The translations under genes and the position numbers were made by a program. From positions 4,311-68,310 of the forward strand of contig JAOAFL010000004.1 of assembly GCA_026416295.1 (NCBI GenBank): a stretch of 64,000 bases of DNA, written 5' to 3'. The first letter of the stretch is position 1. Each line of letters begins with the position of its first letter. Of this stretch, positions 26,711-35,528 are shown in pieces. The notes under the pieces are model-generated. The model was not told the origin of the DNA. It saw nothing but the letters and a program-made list of their open reading frames with translations, and did not search any database. This DNA comes from Burkholderiales bacterium (lineage in GTDB: Bacteria > Pseudomonadota > Gammaproteobacteria > Burkholderiales > SG8-39).

Positions 26711-26928
26711 ACGCGGCAGAAATAGTGCTTCGCCGTTCCGGTGTTGAAGGTGTAGAGCGTGAGGCTTTCTTCACCGGCGAGGAGCCGCATCGCCCGCTTC
26801 GGCACGATCAGGTGCAGGTAGCCGGTGCGCGAGCAGATCGAGCAGTTGCACTCGACGACTTCGAGGTCCTCGGGCGCCTCGACCTCGATGCGCACCGCGC
26901 CGCAATGGCAGGAGCCGCGGTGAATCAT
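26548..26928 (-). CDS. GFA (glutathione-dependent formaldehyde-activating / CENP-V) family protein
   Basis: 126 aa reading [12 protein letters not shown]...[14 protein letters not shown]...HYFCRVCGC (zinc-binding Cys pattern). The ATG overlaps the fadD stop (ATGA). Confidence 0.85.
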   Translation of the reverse strand: MIHRGSCHCGAVRIEVEAPEDLEVVECNCSICSRTGYLHLIVPKRAMRLLAGEESLTLYTFNTGTAKHYFCRVCGCKPFYVPRSHPEGYSVNLRCLDRSTIRSVSVRPFDGANWEAARATLPPLSA

Positions 26929-28604
26929 GCGGCCTTCGCCTGCCCGGTCGCCTGCTCGCGCAGCGCGCGGCGCAGGATCTTGCCGACGTTGGTTTTCGGC
27001 AGCTCGGTGCGGAATTCGACGTACTTCGGCCGCTTGTAACCGGTCAGCTGCGCCTTGCAGAACTCGAGCAGCTGCTCGGCCGTGAGGTTCGGGTCCTTCT
27101 TCACCACGAAAAGCTTCGGCACCTCGCCCGAATGCGGGTCGGGCACGCCGATCGCGGCCACCTCGAGCACGCCCGGGTGCATCGCGACCACCTGCTCGAT
27201 CTCGTTCGGATAGACGTTGAAGCCGGAGACGAGGATCATGTCCTTCTTGCGGTCGACGATGCGCACGAACCCCTTTTCGTCCATCGTGCCGATGTCGCCG
27301 GTGCGAAGAAAACCGTCCGCGCCGAGCACCGCGGCGGTCTCCTCCGGACGCTGCCAGTAGCCGGCCATCACCTGCGGGCCGCGGATGCAGATTTCGCCGG
27401 GCTGGCCGAGCGGCAGGTCCCGGCCTTCGTCGTCGCGCACGACGATCTCGGTCGAGGGAAGCGGAAGACCGATCGAGCCGTTGTAATCGGCGAGATCGAG
27501 CGGGTTCATGGTCGCGCACGGGCTCGTTTCGGTGAGGCCGTAGCCTTCGAGCAGCGTGCGCCCGGTGACCTGTTTCCAGCGCTCGGCGACCGCCTTTTGC
27601 ACCGCCATGCCGCCGCCGACGCAGACCTTGAGGTGCGAAAAATCGAGCCGACGGAAGTCGTCGTTGTTGAGCAGCGCGTTAAAGAGCGTGTTCACGCCGG
27701 TGATGACGTTGTAGCGGTGCTTCGCCAGCTCCTTCACGAACCCGGGAATGTCGCGCGGGTTGGTGATGAGAATGTTTTCGCCGCCCACCTTCGTCATCAG
27801 CAGGCAGTTCACGGTGAGCGAGAAGATGTGATAGAGCGGAAGCGCGGTGATGATCACCGCGCGTTCCTCGCCCAGCCCGGGAAGGAGCCACGCCGCCGCC
27901 TGCTCGATGTTGGCGAGGATGTTGCGGTGAAGGAGCATCGCGCCCTTGGACACCCCGGTCGTGCCGCCGGTGTACTGCAGGAACGCGATGTCGTCGTGGC
28001 CGACCTCGACCTTCGCGAGCTCGCTACGCGCGCCTTCGGCGAGCGCGTCGTTGAACCGCAGCGCGCCGGGCAGCGCGTACGCCGGCACCATTTTCTTCAG
28101 CCTGCGCACGACGAAGTTGACGACGTGGCCCTTCAGGCCCAGAAGATCGCCGAGCGCGGCGAGCACCACGTGCTTCACCGGCGTTCGCGCAAGGCACTGC
28201 TCGAGGGTGGCGGCGAAGTTCTCGAGGATCACGATCACCTCGGCGCCGGAGTCCTTCAGCTGGTGCTCCAGTTCCCGCGGCGTGTAGAGCGGATTGACGT
28301 TGACGACGATCGCGCCGGCGCGCAGCGTGCCGTAGAGCGCGATCGGGTACTGCAGGCAATTGGGCATCATGATCGCCACGCGCGCCCCCTTGCCGCAGCC
28401 GCGCGCCTGCAGCCACGCGCCGAAGGCGCGCGACAGACGCTCCAGTTCCGCGAAGGTGATCGTCTTGCCCATCGAGGTGAACGCCGGCCGGTCGGCGTAT
28501 TCGGCGCACTTCTGCTCGACCAGCTCGCCGACCGACCGGTACTGGTCGTAACGGACGTCGGCGGGCACGCCCTTCGGATAGTGGCGGGTCCAGAAGCGGT
28601 CCAT
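26925..28604 (-). CDS. fadD: long-chain-fatty-acid--CoA ligase
   Basis: 559 aa from the ATG at 28604, preceded by GGAGGAGG. It reads [14 protein letters not shown]...[20 protein letters not shown]...GYGLTETSP...TGDIG...YKRPKYVEF. Confidence 0.9.
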   Translation of the reverse strand: MDRFWTRHYPKGVPADVRYDQYRSVGELVEQKCAEYADRPAFTSMGKTITFAELERLSRAFGAWLQARGCGKGARVAIMMPNCLQYPIALYGTLRAGAIVVNVNPLYTPRELEHQLKDSGAEVIVILENFAATLEQCLARTPVKHVVLAALGDLLGLKGHVVNFVVRRLKKMVPAYALPGALRFNDALAEGARSELAKVEVGHDDIAFLQYTGGTTGVSKGAMLLHRNILANIEQAAAWLLPGLGEERAVIITALPLYHIFSLTVNCLLMTKVGGENILITNPRDIPGFVKELAKHRYNVITGVNTLFNALLNNDDFRRLDFSHLKVCVGGGMAVQKAVAERWKQVTGRTLLEGYGLTETSPCATMNPLDLADYNGSIGLPLPSTEIVVRDDEGRDLPLGQPGEICIRGPQVMAGYWQRPEETAAVLGADGFLRTGDIGTMDEKGFVRIVDRKKDMILVSGFNVYPNEIEQVVAMHPGVLEVAAIGVPDPHSGEVPKLFVVKKDPNLTAEQLLEFCKAQLTGYKRPKYVEFRTELPKTNVGKILRRALREQATGQAKAA

Positions 28605-28632
28605 GGTTCCTCCTCCGTTCGAGCCGCCGGGA

Positions 28633-28638
28633 ATTCTA
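28633..28638 (-). promoter_or_regulatory. candidate -10 box TAGAAT for fadD
   Basis: The minus strand reads gggcgcTAGAATtcccggcggctcgaacGGAGGAGGaaccATG. Confidence 0.45.
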
Positions 28639-28740
28639 GCGCCCGCGCCTCCTGCGCGCGTGCAAACGGCGCGAAGGCGCGGCGCGCGCGCTTCGATAGA
28701 CGCGGCCACGCGGCCTGCCCTGTCGTTCACCGCGAGGGAC

Positions 28741-28765
28741 GCATCGAGCGGTCGCCGCTCGATGC
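28741..28765. repeat. perfect 11-bp inverted repeat GCATCGAGCGG-tcg-CCGCTCGATGC (candidate operator or hairpin)
   Basis: Read directly from the sequence. It lies in the 441-bp non-coding gap, about 100-130 bp upstream of the putative fadD -10. Confidence 0.5.
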
Positions 28766-29033
28766 AAATCCCCCCGGCGAGCGGGGTCTCGGAGGCGCGA
28801 TCGACTGCCTGCGCCATCGTCGCGACCGGGGCCGGGACCGGTGCGATTTTTCCGCGAGCGCGAGCGGCGCACGCACAGGATTCTCCGGCCTCGCGCGACA
28901 CGAGCCGCGCGCACCCCGGGAACCTCCCGCGGTCGATTTCGAGGCGCAAGAAGCGCCTCGACGAAGGCGATCGCGATCGCAGGCCGCCGGCCCTCTCGCA
29001 GCCCCGCCGATGACGACGGCCGCGGCGCGCGCC

Positions 29034-29039
29034 TAGAAT
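29034..29039 (+). promoter_or_regulatory. candidate -10 box TAGAAT, 6 nt upstream of the GTG at 29046
   Basis: gcgccTAGAATcgcgccGTG. Confidence 0.35.
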
Positions 29040-29045
29040 CGCGCC

Positions 29046-29582
29046 GTGATCGGGACGGACGGGCGCGGGCGCAGGGCGATGATCCTCGATCTCGGGCGCG
29101 ACGAGCTCGAGGTGGCCGCGCGCCTCGTTCGCCGGGTGGTCGCGCCGACGCCGCAGTACGCCTGGCCGCTTCTTTGCGCGCGCGCCGGCTGCGAAGTGTG
29201 GGTGAAGCACGAGAACCACACCGCGACCGGCGCGTTCAAGATCCGCGGCGGACTGGTGATGATCGAGCGGCTGAAGCGCGCAAGGCCCGATTTCCCGGGC
29301 GTGGCGAGCGCGACGCGCGGCAATCACGGCCAGAGCCTCGCGTACGCCGGCCGCAGGCTCGGCGTGCGCACGGTGATCGTGGTGCCCCACGGCAACAGCC
29401 GCGACAAGAACGTGGCGATGCGCGCCTACTTCAGCGACACGCACAACGTAGTCGAGCCCGCGGGCGCGGCGCCGCTCGCCGCGCTCCTCAAGGACCCGGC
29501 GCGCCGCGGGCGGCGCTTCGCGGTCATCGCCTCGGGCGGCAACGTGGACCGCGAGGTCTACGCCGCGGCGCTCGCCGGCTGA
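29046..29582 (+). pseudogene. PLP-dependent threonine dehydratase-like gene with an in-frame internal deletion
   Basis: 178 aa. The N-terminal third ([10 protein letters not shown]...[17 protein letters not shown]...[14 protein letters not shown]...[16 protein letters not shown]) joins directly to the C-terminal tail ([21 protein letters not shown]...[11 protein letters not shown]). The central domain with the glycine-rich PLP-phosphate loop is absent. Confidence 0.6.
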
Positions 29583-29587
29583 CTCAC

Positions 29588-30079
29588 TCAGGGGCGCCGC
29601 CCTCGCGATTCGGCTTCGAGCGCAAGCAGCGCGCGCTTTCGCGCAAGCCCCGCGGCGTAGCCGGCGAGGCGCCCGTCCGAGCCCACGATGCGGTGGCAGG
29701 GCACGACGATCGCGATCGGGTTTCGCCCGGCTGCGGCGCCCGCGGCGCGTGCAGCGCGCGGGCGGCCGACGCGGCGCGCAAGCTCCGCATAGCTGATCGT
29801 CTCGCCGTAGGGCACCCTCGCGATCGCCCTCCAGACCGCGCGCTGAAACGCGGTGCCGGGCGCATCGAGACGCAGGTCGAACCCGCGCCGCTTGCCCGCA
29901 AAGTATTCGGCGAGCTGCCGTTTCGCGCGCGCGAGGATCAAGCTTGCCGCCGTTCGCCTGCGGCCGGCGCGGATCGGTGCGCGCCTGCGGCGCGCAAAGC
30001 GGACTTCGGTCAGCCCTCGGCCGCTCGCGCAAAGAAGCACCGTGCCGAGCGGGCTCTCGAACGTGTCGTACCGATGCAT
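29588..30079 (-). CDS. ogt: methylated-DNA--protein-cysteine methyltransferase
   Basis: 163 aa from the ATG at 30079, preceded by AGGAG. It has the active site IVVPCHRIV and [10 protein letters not shown]. Confidence 0.9.
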   Translation of the reverse strand: MHRYDTFESPLGTVLLCASGRGLTEVRFARRRRAPIRAGRRRTAASLILARAKRQLAEYFAGKRRGFDLRLDAPGTAFQRAVWRAIARVPYGETISYAELARRVGRPRAARAAGAAAGRNPIAIVVPCHRIVGSDGRLAGYAAGLARKRALLALEAESRGRRP

Positions 30080-30172
30080 ATGCTCCTGCGGCTGCGTCTG
30101 TCGCGTGCAGTCGGTCGCCGCGCTTTCTTGCGGGCGCTCCGGCACCCGGGCGCCGAGCCTTGCGCCTGCCAG

Positions 30173-30178
30173 TAGAAT
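30173..30178 (+). promoter_or_regulatory. candidate -10 box TAGAAT for fadH
   Basis: ctgccagTAGAATccgcgcc, 40 nt upstream of the ATG at 30219. Confidence 0.4.
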
Positions 30179-30218
30179 CCGCGCCGCGAACCTTCGCGCG
30201 CCGCGCCCGACTTCCGCG

Positions 30219-32219
30219 ATGATCCCATATCCGCACCTTTTCCGACCGCTCGAGCTCGCCTGCGGCGTGCGGCTGCCGAACCGCATCGTGATGGGCTCGA
30301 TGCACACAGGGTGGGAGGCGCGCGAAGGCGGGCTCGAGCGCCTCGCCGCCTTCTACGCCGAGCGCGCGCGCGGCGGCGCGGGGCTCCTCGTCACCGGCGG
30401 GTTCTCGCCGAACGAGGCCGGAAACCTCGGGCCGCACCGCGCCGAGATAAGCACGCCCGAGGACGCCCGCCGCCACCGGCTGATCCCGCGCGCGGTGCAC
30501 GAAGCGGGCGGCCGGATCGTCCTTCAGCTGCTGCACTCGGGCCGCTACGGCTATCACGAGCGCATCGTCGCGCCTTCGGCGCTTCGCTCGCCCATCAACC
30601 CGCGCACGCCGCGCGAACTGTCCGGGGAGGAGATCGAGGCGACGATCGGCGATTTCGTGCGCGCGGCGCAGCTCGCCGAGGAAGCGGGCTACGACGGCGT
30701 GGAGATCATGGGCTCGGAAGGCTATCTCCTTACCCAGTTCCTCGCGCCCCGCACCAACCTTCGCCGCGACGAATGGGGCGGGCCGCTCGAGAACCGCATG
30801 CGCCTCGCCTGCGAGATCGTGCGGCGCACGCGCGCGGCGACCGGCGCGCGCTTCATCGTCATGTTCCGCCTCTCGGCGCTCGATCTGATCGAGGGCGGCC
30901 TCTCGGGCGAGGAGATCCTTGCCGTCGCGCGCGCGATCGAGCGCGCCGGTGCGACGATCCTCAACACCGGCATCGGCTGGCACGAGGCGCGCATCCCGAC
31001 GATCGCGCAGGCGGTGCCGCGCGCCGGTTTCGCCTGGGCGGCGCGGCGCATCCGGCAGGCGGTCGGCATCCCGGTCGTCGCCTCGAACCGCATCAACGCG
31101 CCGGAGGTCGCCGAGGCGGTGCTCGCGCGCGGCGACGCGGATCTCGTGTCGGCTGCGCGCGCGCTCCTTGCCGACGCCGAATTCGCCGCGAAGGCGCGTG
31201 CGGGCGACCGCGCCGCGATCAATGTCTGCATCGCGTGCAACCAGGCCTGCCTCGACCACTATTTCGCCGGCGAGCCCGCAACCTGTGTGGTCAACCCGCG
31301 CGCGGGACGCGAAACCGAGCTGGTCTACGTCCGCACCAAGAACCGCAAGCGCATCGCGGTGGTGGGCGCAGGGCCCGCGGGGCTTTCCTGCGCCGCAGTC
31401 GCCGCAGAGCGCGGCCACGAGGTGACGCTCTTCGAAGCGGCACCCGAGCCGGGCGGGCAGTTCAATCTCGCCAAAAACGTTCCCGGCAAGCAGGAATTCG
31501 CCGAGTCGGTCGCGTATTTCGTCGAGCGGTGCCGCCGCGCCGGGGTGCGCCTCGTTCTCGGGCAGTCGGCGACCGAAGCCGTCCTTGCGGGCTTTGACGA
31601 GGTCGTGATCGCCACCGGGGTTCTTCCTCGCCGGCCGCAGCTCCCCGGCATCGGCCATCCGAAGGTCGTCGGTTACGCCGACGTGCTCGCCGGTCGCGTC
31701 GCCGTCGGCGAGCAGGTCGTCATCCTCGGCGCGGGCGGTATCGGCTTCGACGTCGCGCTGTTTCTTCTCGAACGCGAAAGCCGCGCGCCGCTCGAGCCGG
31801 GCGCGTTCGCGCGGCACTGGGGAATCGACGAATCGCTCGCCGCGCCCGGCGGGCTCGATCCGGCAGGCGCGCCGAGCGTTCGGCCGCGGCACCGCGTCAC
31901 GATGCTCAAGCGCTCGACGACGCCGTTCGGCGCGACGCTCGGGCGCACCACCGGCTGGGTGCACCGGGCGGCGCTTGCGCGGCACGGCGTGCGGATGCTG
32001 AAGGGGGTCGCCTACCGGATGATCGACGACGAAGGCGTGCACGTCGCGGTGGACGGCGCCGAAACCTGCATCGCGGCCGATACGGTGATCGTCTGCGCCG
32101 GGCAGGAGCCGCGGCGGGAACTCAAGGGGCACCACTTCATCGGCGGCGCGCGGGATGCGCGCGAGCTCGACGCAAAGCGCGCGATCCGCGAAGGCGCCGA
32201 GCTCGCCGCGCGCCTCTGA
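30219..32219 (+). CDS. fadH: NADPH-dependent 2,4-dienoyl-CoA reductase
   Basis: 666 aa. It has an OYE-like TIM barrel ([11 protein letters not shown]...LLHSGRY), the 4Fe-4S motif [10 protein letters not shown] and an FAD/NAD domain ([14 protein letters not shown]). Confidence 0.9.
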   Translation: MIPYPHLFRPLELACGVRLPNRIVMGSMHTGWEAREGGLERLAAFYAERARGGAGLLVTGGFSPNEAGNLGPHRAEISTPEDARRHRLIPRAVHEAGGRIVLQLLHSGRYGYHERIVAPSALRSPINPRTPRELSGEEIEATIGDFVRAAQLAEEAGYDGVEIMGSEGYLLTQFLAPRTNLRRDEWGGPLENRMRLACEIVRRTRAATGARFIVMFRLSALDLIEGGLSGEEILAVARAIERAGATILNTGIGWHEARIPTIAQAVPRAGFAWAARRIRQAVGIPVVASNRINAPEVAEAVLARGDADLVSAARALLADAEFAAKARAGDRAAINVCIACNQACLDHYFAGEPATCVVNPRAGRETELVYVRTKNRKRIAVVGAGPAGLSCAAVAAERGHEVTLFEAAPEPGGQFNLAKNVPGKQEFAESVAYFVERCRRAGVRLVLGQSATEAVLAGFDEVVIATGVLPRRPQLPGIGHPKVVGYADVLAGRVAVGEQVVILGAGGIGFDVALFLLERESRAPLEPGAFARHWGIDESLAAPGGLDPAGAPSVRPRHRVTMLKRSTTPFGATLGRTTGWVHRAALARHGVRMLKGVAYRMIDDEGVHVAVDGAETCIAADTVIVCAGQEPRRELKGHHFIGGARDARELDAKRAIREGAELAARL

Positions 32220-32226
32220 GGCCGCC

Positions 32227-33024
32227 GTGCGCCATCGTTCGCTGCGCACCAAGGTGAAACTCCTCGCGCGCTCGGGAAGCCTCGCGTTCGTGCGCGACGC
32301 GCTCGGCCCGTTCGATCCGCAGCCGCGCGCGATCGTCTGGCGCGGCTTGCGGCTCTGGTACCGCCCGGGCTCGAGCGACCCTTGGCTGATCTACGAGCAC
32401 CTGATGAAGCCGGCGGCGCGGGTCGAGTACGCGCCGCCGCCCGAGGCGGCGCTCGATGCGCAGGCGGTGCGCACCGTTCTCGACATCGGCGCGAACATCG
32501 GCACCACGGCGCTCTATTTCGCGCGCCTTTTTCCGAATGCGCGCGTGTTCGCCTTCGAGCCGGTGCCGGCGAACTTCGCGCTCCTTGAGCGCAACGCCGC
32601 CAACTGCGCTCGCATCCGCGCCCTGCCCTACGGGCTCGCCGCCGCGGACGCGCAGATCGAGATGTACGCGAGCGACGATCCGGCGAATCAGGGCGGCTAC
32701 AGCCGCCATGCGGCGGGCACCGACCCGCATCGGCCGGTGCGCGTTGCGCTGCGCTCGGTCGCCGCGGTGCTCGAGGAGCTCGGGCTCGAGGAAGCGGACG
32801 TCATCAAGGTGGACACCGAGGGCGCGGAGTACGAGATCGTCACCGCGTTTCCGCCCGCGCTGCTTGGGCGCGCGCGCTACGTCGCCGGCGAGCTGCACGG
32901 CGAGCGCGATTTCGCGCTGCTCGACTACCTCGGGCGCTGGTTCGACATCGGCGCACGCAAGGCACTCGGCCGCCGCCTGTTCAACTTCCGCGCGGTGCCG
33001 AAGGGCATGCGCGAGCGCAGGTAG
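32227..33024 (+). CDS. FkbM-family SAM-dependent methyltransferase
   Basis: GTG at 32227. Motifs are [33 protein letters not shown] and [13 protein letters not shown]. Confidence 0.8.
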   Translation: MRHRSLRTKVKLLARSGSLAFVRDALGPFDPQPRAIVWRGLRLWYRPGSSDPWLIYEHLMKPAARVEYAPPPEAALDAQAVRTVLDIGANIGTTALYFARLFPNARVFAFEPVPANFALLERNAANCARIRALPYGLAAADAQIEMYASDDPANQGGYSRHAAGTDPHRPVRVALRSVAAVLEELGLEEADVIKVDTEGAEYEIVTAFPPALLGRARYVAGELHGERDFALLDYLGRWFDIGARKALGRRLFNFRAVPKGMRERR

Positions 33025-33033
33025 ACTTGCCGT

Positions 33034-33999
33034 ATGGCACGGGTGGTCGCCCTCGCCGGGCAGGTCGGCGGCGCGAAACTCGCCGACGGGCTTGCCCGCC
33101 TGCGCGGCGCAGAGCTCGCAGTGATCGTGAACACCGGCGACGACTTCGAGCACCTCGGCCTGCATTTCGCGCCCGACCTGGACACGGTGCTCTACGTCCT
33201 CGGCGGCGTGGCGAACCCCGAGGCGCCGTGGGAGCCGCAGGGCGAGTCCTACGCGGTCTACGACATGGTGCGCCGCCTCGGCGGCCCCGAGCGGCTGCGC
33301 TTCGGCGACCGCGCGCTCGCCGCGCCGCTGCTTCGCACCGCGTGGAAGTCGGCCGATCGAAGGCTCACCCAGATCACCGCCGACCTCTGCCGCCGGTTCG
33401 GCATCGCCGCGCAGGTGCTTCCGATGAGCGACGATGCGGTGCGCACCCACGTGCTCACCGACGACGGCGCGGTGCCGTTTTTCGAGTACTTCGCGGACCT
33501 CGGCTGCGAGCCGCCGGTGCGCGGCTTTCAGTACGCCGGCGCCGAGTTCGCGCGCGTCACACCCGAGATCGCCGACGCGCTCGACTCGCCGGACCTGGAG
33601 GCGGTGGTGATCTGCCCGGCGAATCCGTACCACACCATCGCCCCGATCCTCGAGGTGCCCGGCATGCGGGAGCTGCTCCGCCGGCGCGGCGCGCCGGTGG
33701 TCGCCGTCTCGCCGATCGTCGGCGGAAAAGCGCTCACGGGCTCGGCCGGCAAGATGATGATGGAGCTGCGCCGCGAGGCGTCCGCCCGGCGCGTCGCCCT
33801 CGAATACCTGCGGCTGATCGACGGGTTCGTCCTCGATTCGGTGGACGCCGATCAGGCCGAGGCGGTGCGGGCCTGCGGCATCGAGGCGCTCGCGACGCAG
33901 ACGGTGATGCGCACGGTCGACGACCGCGTCGCGCTCGCGCGCGCGGTGCTCGATTTCGCCGCCGAGATCCGCGCGCGCCGGCTCCTCGAGGCCGGCTGA
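33034..33999 (+). CDS. cofD: CofD-family 2-phospho-L-lactate transferase homologue
   Basis: 321 aa reading VALAGQVGGAKLADGL...VIVNTGDDFEHLGLHFAPDLDTVLY...ICPANPYHTIAPIL...VSPIVGGKALTGSAGKMM. It starts 9 nt after the FkbM gene stop. Confidence 0.8.
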   Translation: MARVVALAGQVGGAKLADGLARLRGAELAVIVNTGDDFEHLGLHFAPDLDTVLYVLGGVANPEAPWEPQGESYAVYDMVRRLGGPERLRFGDRALAAPLLRTAWKSADRRLTQITADLCRRFGIAAQVLPMSDDAVRTHVLTDDGAVPFFEYFADLGCEPPVRGFQYAGAEFARVTPEIADALDSPDLEAVVICPANPYHTIAPILEVPGMRELLRRRGAPVVAVSPIVGGKALTGSAGKMMMELRREASARRVALEYLRLIDGFVLDSVDADQAEAVRACGIEALATQTVMRTVDDRVALARAVLDFAAEIRARRLLEAG

Positions 34000-34059
34000 G
34001 TCGCGACGGCGCGCCGCCGGTGGCAAAATTCCGGCAACCAGCTCTGCGACTGTCCGCCG

Positions 34060-34260
34060 ATGCAGAAGTGGCTGATCACCCTCGGAATCGTGCTCGTCGT
34101 GCTGGGCCTCGCCTGGCCGCTCGTCGCGAAGCTCGGCCTCGGAAAGCTCCCGGGCGATATCGTGGTGAAGCGCGAGGGCTTCACGTTCTACTTTCCGCTC
34201 ACCACGAGCATCCTCGTTTCGCTCGTGCTGACGCTGCTTTTCTGGATTTTCCGGCGCTAG
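34060..34260 (+). CDS. DUF2905 small membrane protein
   Basis: 66 aa with two TM helices: MQKWLITLGIVLVVLGLAWPL...LPGDIVVKREGFTFYFPLTTSILVSLVL. Confidence 0.7.
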   Translation: MQKWLITLGIVLVVLGLAWPLVAKLGLGKLPGDIVVKREGFTFYFPLTTSILVSLVLTLLFWIFRR

Positions 34261-34264
34261 AAGC

Positions 34265-34340
34265 CGGTGCCGGCTGACGGACTCGAACCGCCGACCAACG
34301 GTTTACAAAACCGCTGCTCTACCTGCTGAGCTAAGCCGGC
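34265..34340 (-). tRNA. tRNA-Thr (anticodon UGU)
   Basis: Manual fold of the minus strand: GCCGGCT-TA-GCTC-AGCAGGTA-GAGC-A-GCGGT-TTTGTAA-ACCGT-TGGTC-GGCGG-TTCGAGT-CCGTC-AGCCGGC-A. U33 and A37 are present. The 73-nt core is 34268-34340, and the following bases are CCG (CCA not fully encoded). Confidence 0.9.
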
Positions 34341-34349
34341 CACGAAGCG

Positions 34350-34355
34350 ATTCTA
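34350..34355 (-). promoter_or_regulatory. candidate -10 box TAGAAT for tRNA-Thr
   Basis: The minus strand reads cgctTAGAATcgcttcgtgGCCGGCT. The hexamer ends 9 nt before the mature tRNA 5' end. Confidence 0.5.
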
Positions 34356-34401
34356 AGCGGTCGCCGCGGCGCCTGCGGCCGCGCCGCCCGAACAGCGAAC
34401 G

Positions 34402-34836
34402 CTATTTCACTCGCCGCAGCGCCGGCCGGCCGCCGCCCGACGGGCGGGTGGGCTCCGGCTCGGACGCCGGCCGAGAGCGGGGTTCCGACTCGGCCGCGGC
34501 CTGCAGCGCCGGCTTCGGCGCCTCGACCTCGAACGTCATGCCGTGACCGGTCTCGCGCGCATAGAGCGCGAACACCCCCGCGACCGGCACCGAGACGTGC
34601 CGCGCCACGCCGGCGAAACGCGCCGAGAACTCGATGAAGTCGTTGCCCATCTGCAGCTTGTGCACCGCCACCGGCGAGATGTTGAACGTGATCTCGCCGT
34701 CCTTGACGTACTCGATCGGCACCTGCGCGCGCGAATCCACCTTCACCGCGATGTGCGGCGTGTAACCGTTGTCCACGCACCACTCGTAGAGCGCGCGCAG
34801 CAGGTACGGCTTGGTCGGAATCTCGGCGTTCGCCAT
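34402..34836 (-). CDS. sspB: ClpXP adaptor / stringent starvation protein B
   Basis: 144 aa reading KPYLLRALYEWCVDNGYTPHIAV...ITFNISPVAV, with a disordered tail ending LRRVK. Confidence 0.9.
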   Translation of the reverse strand: MANAEIPTKPYLLRALYEWCVDNGYTPHIAVKVDSRAQVPIEYVKDGEITFNISPVAVHKLQMGNDFIEFSARFAGVARHVSVPVAGVFALYARETGHGMTFEVEAPKPALQAAAESEPRSRPASEPEPTRPSGGGRPALRRVK

Positions 34837-34852
34837 CGCGCGCTCGCGCGTC

Positions 34853-35452
34853 CTACTTGCGCATCACCTTCTCGGCCGGGGTGAGCGCCTCGATGAACGC
34901 CGGTCGGGAGAAGATCCGCTCAGCGTATTTGGCGAGCGGCGCCGCGGGCTTGCCGAGGCGGATGCCGTAGTGATCGAGCCGCCACAGGAGCGGCGCGATC
35001 GCGACGTCGAGCATGCTGAATTCGTCGCCGAGCATGTACTTCGTGCGGGTGAACACCGGCGCGAGCTCGATCAGCCGGTCGTGCACGTGCTGGCGCGCGC
35101 GCTCGACCGCCTTTTCCTTGCCGGACTCGAGCGCCTCGATCTGCGAGAACAGCTCGACCTCCAGGTTGAACAGCATCAGGCGCGCGCGGGCGCGCATCAC
35201 CGGGTCGGCGGGCATCAGCTGCGGATGCGGGAAACGCTCGTCGATGTACTCGTTGATGATGTTCGACTCGTACAGGATCAGGTCGCGCTCGACGAGCACC
35301 GGCAGCCGGTTGTACGGGTTCATGACCGCGATGTCTTCCGGCTTGTTGTACATGTCCACGTCGATCACCTGAAAGTCCATGCCCTTTTCGTAGAGCACGA
35401 AGCGGCAGCGATGACTGAACGGACAGGTCGTGCCGGAATACAGTTGCATCAT
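34853..35452 (-). CDS. sspA: stringent starvation protein A (GST-like)
   Basis: 199 aa reading MMQLYSGTTCPFSHRCRFVLYEKGMDF...PVLVERDLILYESNIINEYIDERFPHPQLMP. Confidence 0.95.
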   Translation of the reverse strand: MMQLYSGTTCPFSHRCRFVLYEKGMDFQVIDVDMYNKPEDIAVMNPYNRLPVLVERDLILYESNIINEYIDERFPHPQLMPADPVMRARARLMLFNLEVELFSQIEALESGKEKAVERARQHVHDRLIELAPVFTRTKYMLGDEFSMLDVAIAPLLWRLDHYGIRLGKPAAPLAKYAERIFSRPAFIEALTPAEKVMRK

Positions 35453-35528
35453 GGCGGGAGAGTCCTCGACGCGGATAGCACACCGGGCGCGCGCGCCGCT
35501 CTGCGTGCGGGCGCGAGCCGCCGCGCCC

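Noticed and set aside
28604-28826. An in-frame upstream ATG ([16 protein letters not shown]...) that would extend FadD by ~74 aa.
   Set aside because: The extension has no FadD-like sequence. The ATG at 28604 gives the canonical [11 protein letters not shown]-terminus and has a perfect Shine-Dalgarno, and a TAGAAT -10 lies inside the would-be extension.
28967-28980. Tandem GCGATCGC-GATCGC palindrome resembling cyanobacterial HIP1 elements.
   Set aside because: It is a single local occurrence in GC-rich DNA, and I saw no evidence of dispersed copies in the window. It is probably a chance palindrome.
26925-32252. A 1775-aa minus-strand ORF spanning fadD, the non-coding gap, the dehydratase remnant, ogt and the antisense of fadH.
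   Set aside because: Only its last 559 aa (fadD, with a strong GGAGGAGG SD before the ATG at 28604) look like protein. The rest is Arg/Ala/Gly/Pro-rich wrong-frame or antisense translation, typical of stop-codon-poor GC-rich DNA. The same applies to 6160-9495, 6435-9629, 2840-5704, 548-2209, 10396-12945 (N-terminal part), 50086-53061, 58788-60896 and most other long shadow ORFs in the track.
34261-34401. tRNA-Thr locus checked as a possible genomic-island integration site.
   Set aside because: No integrase, no direct repeat of the tRNA 3' end and no compositional shift are visible on either side. The neighbours are DUF2905 and sspB, both core genes.
35453-35528. A GC hairpin (GGGCGCG-gcggct-CGCGCCC on the minus strand) between petC and sspA, considered as a terminator.
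   Set aside because: There is no U-tract after the stem, and no convincing sspA promoter was identified downstream. The evidence is too weak to call.
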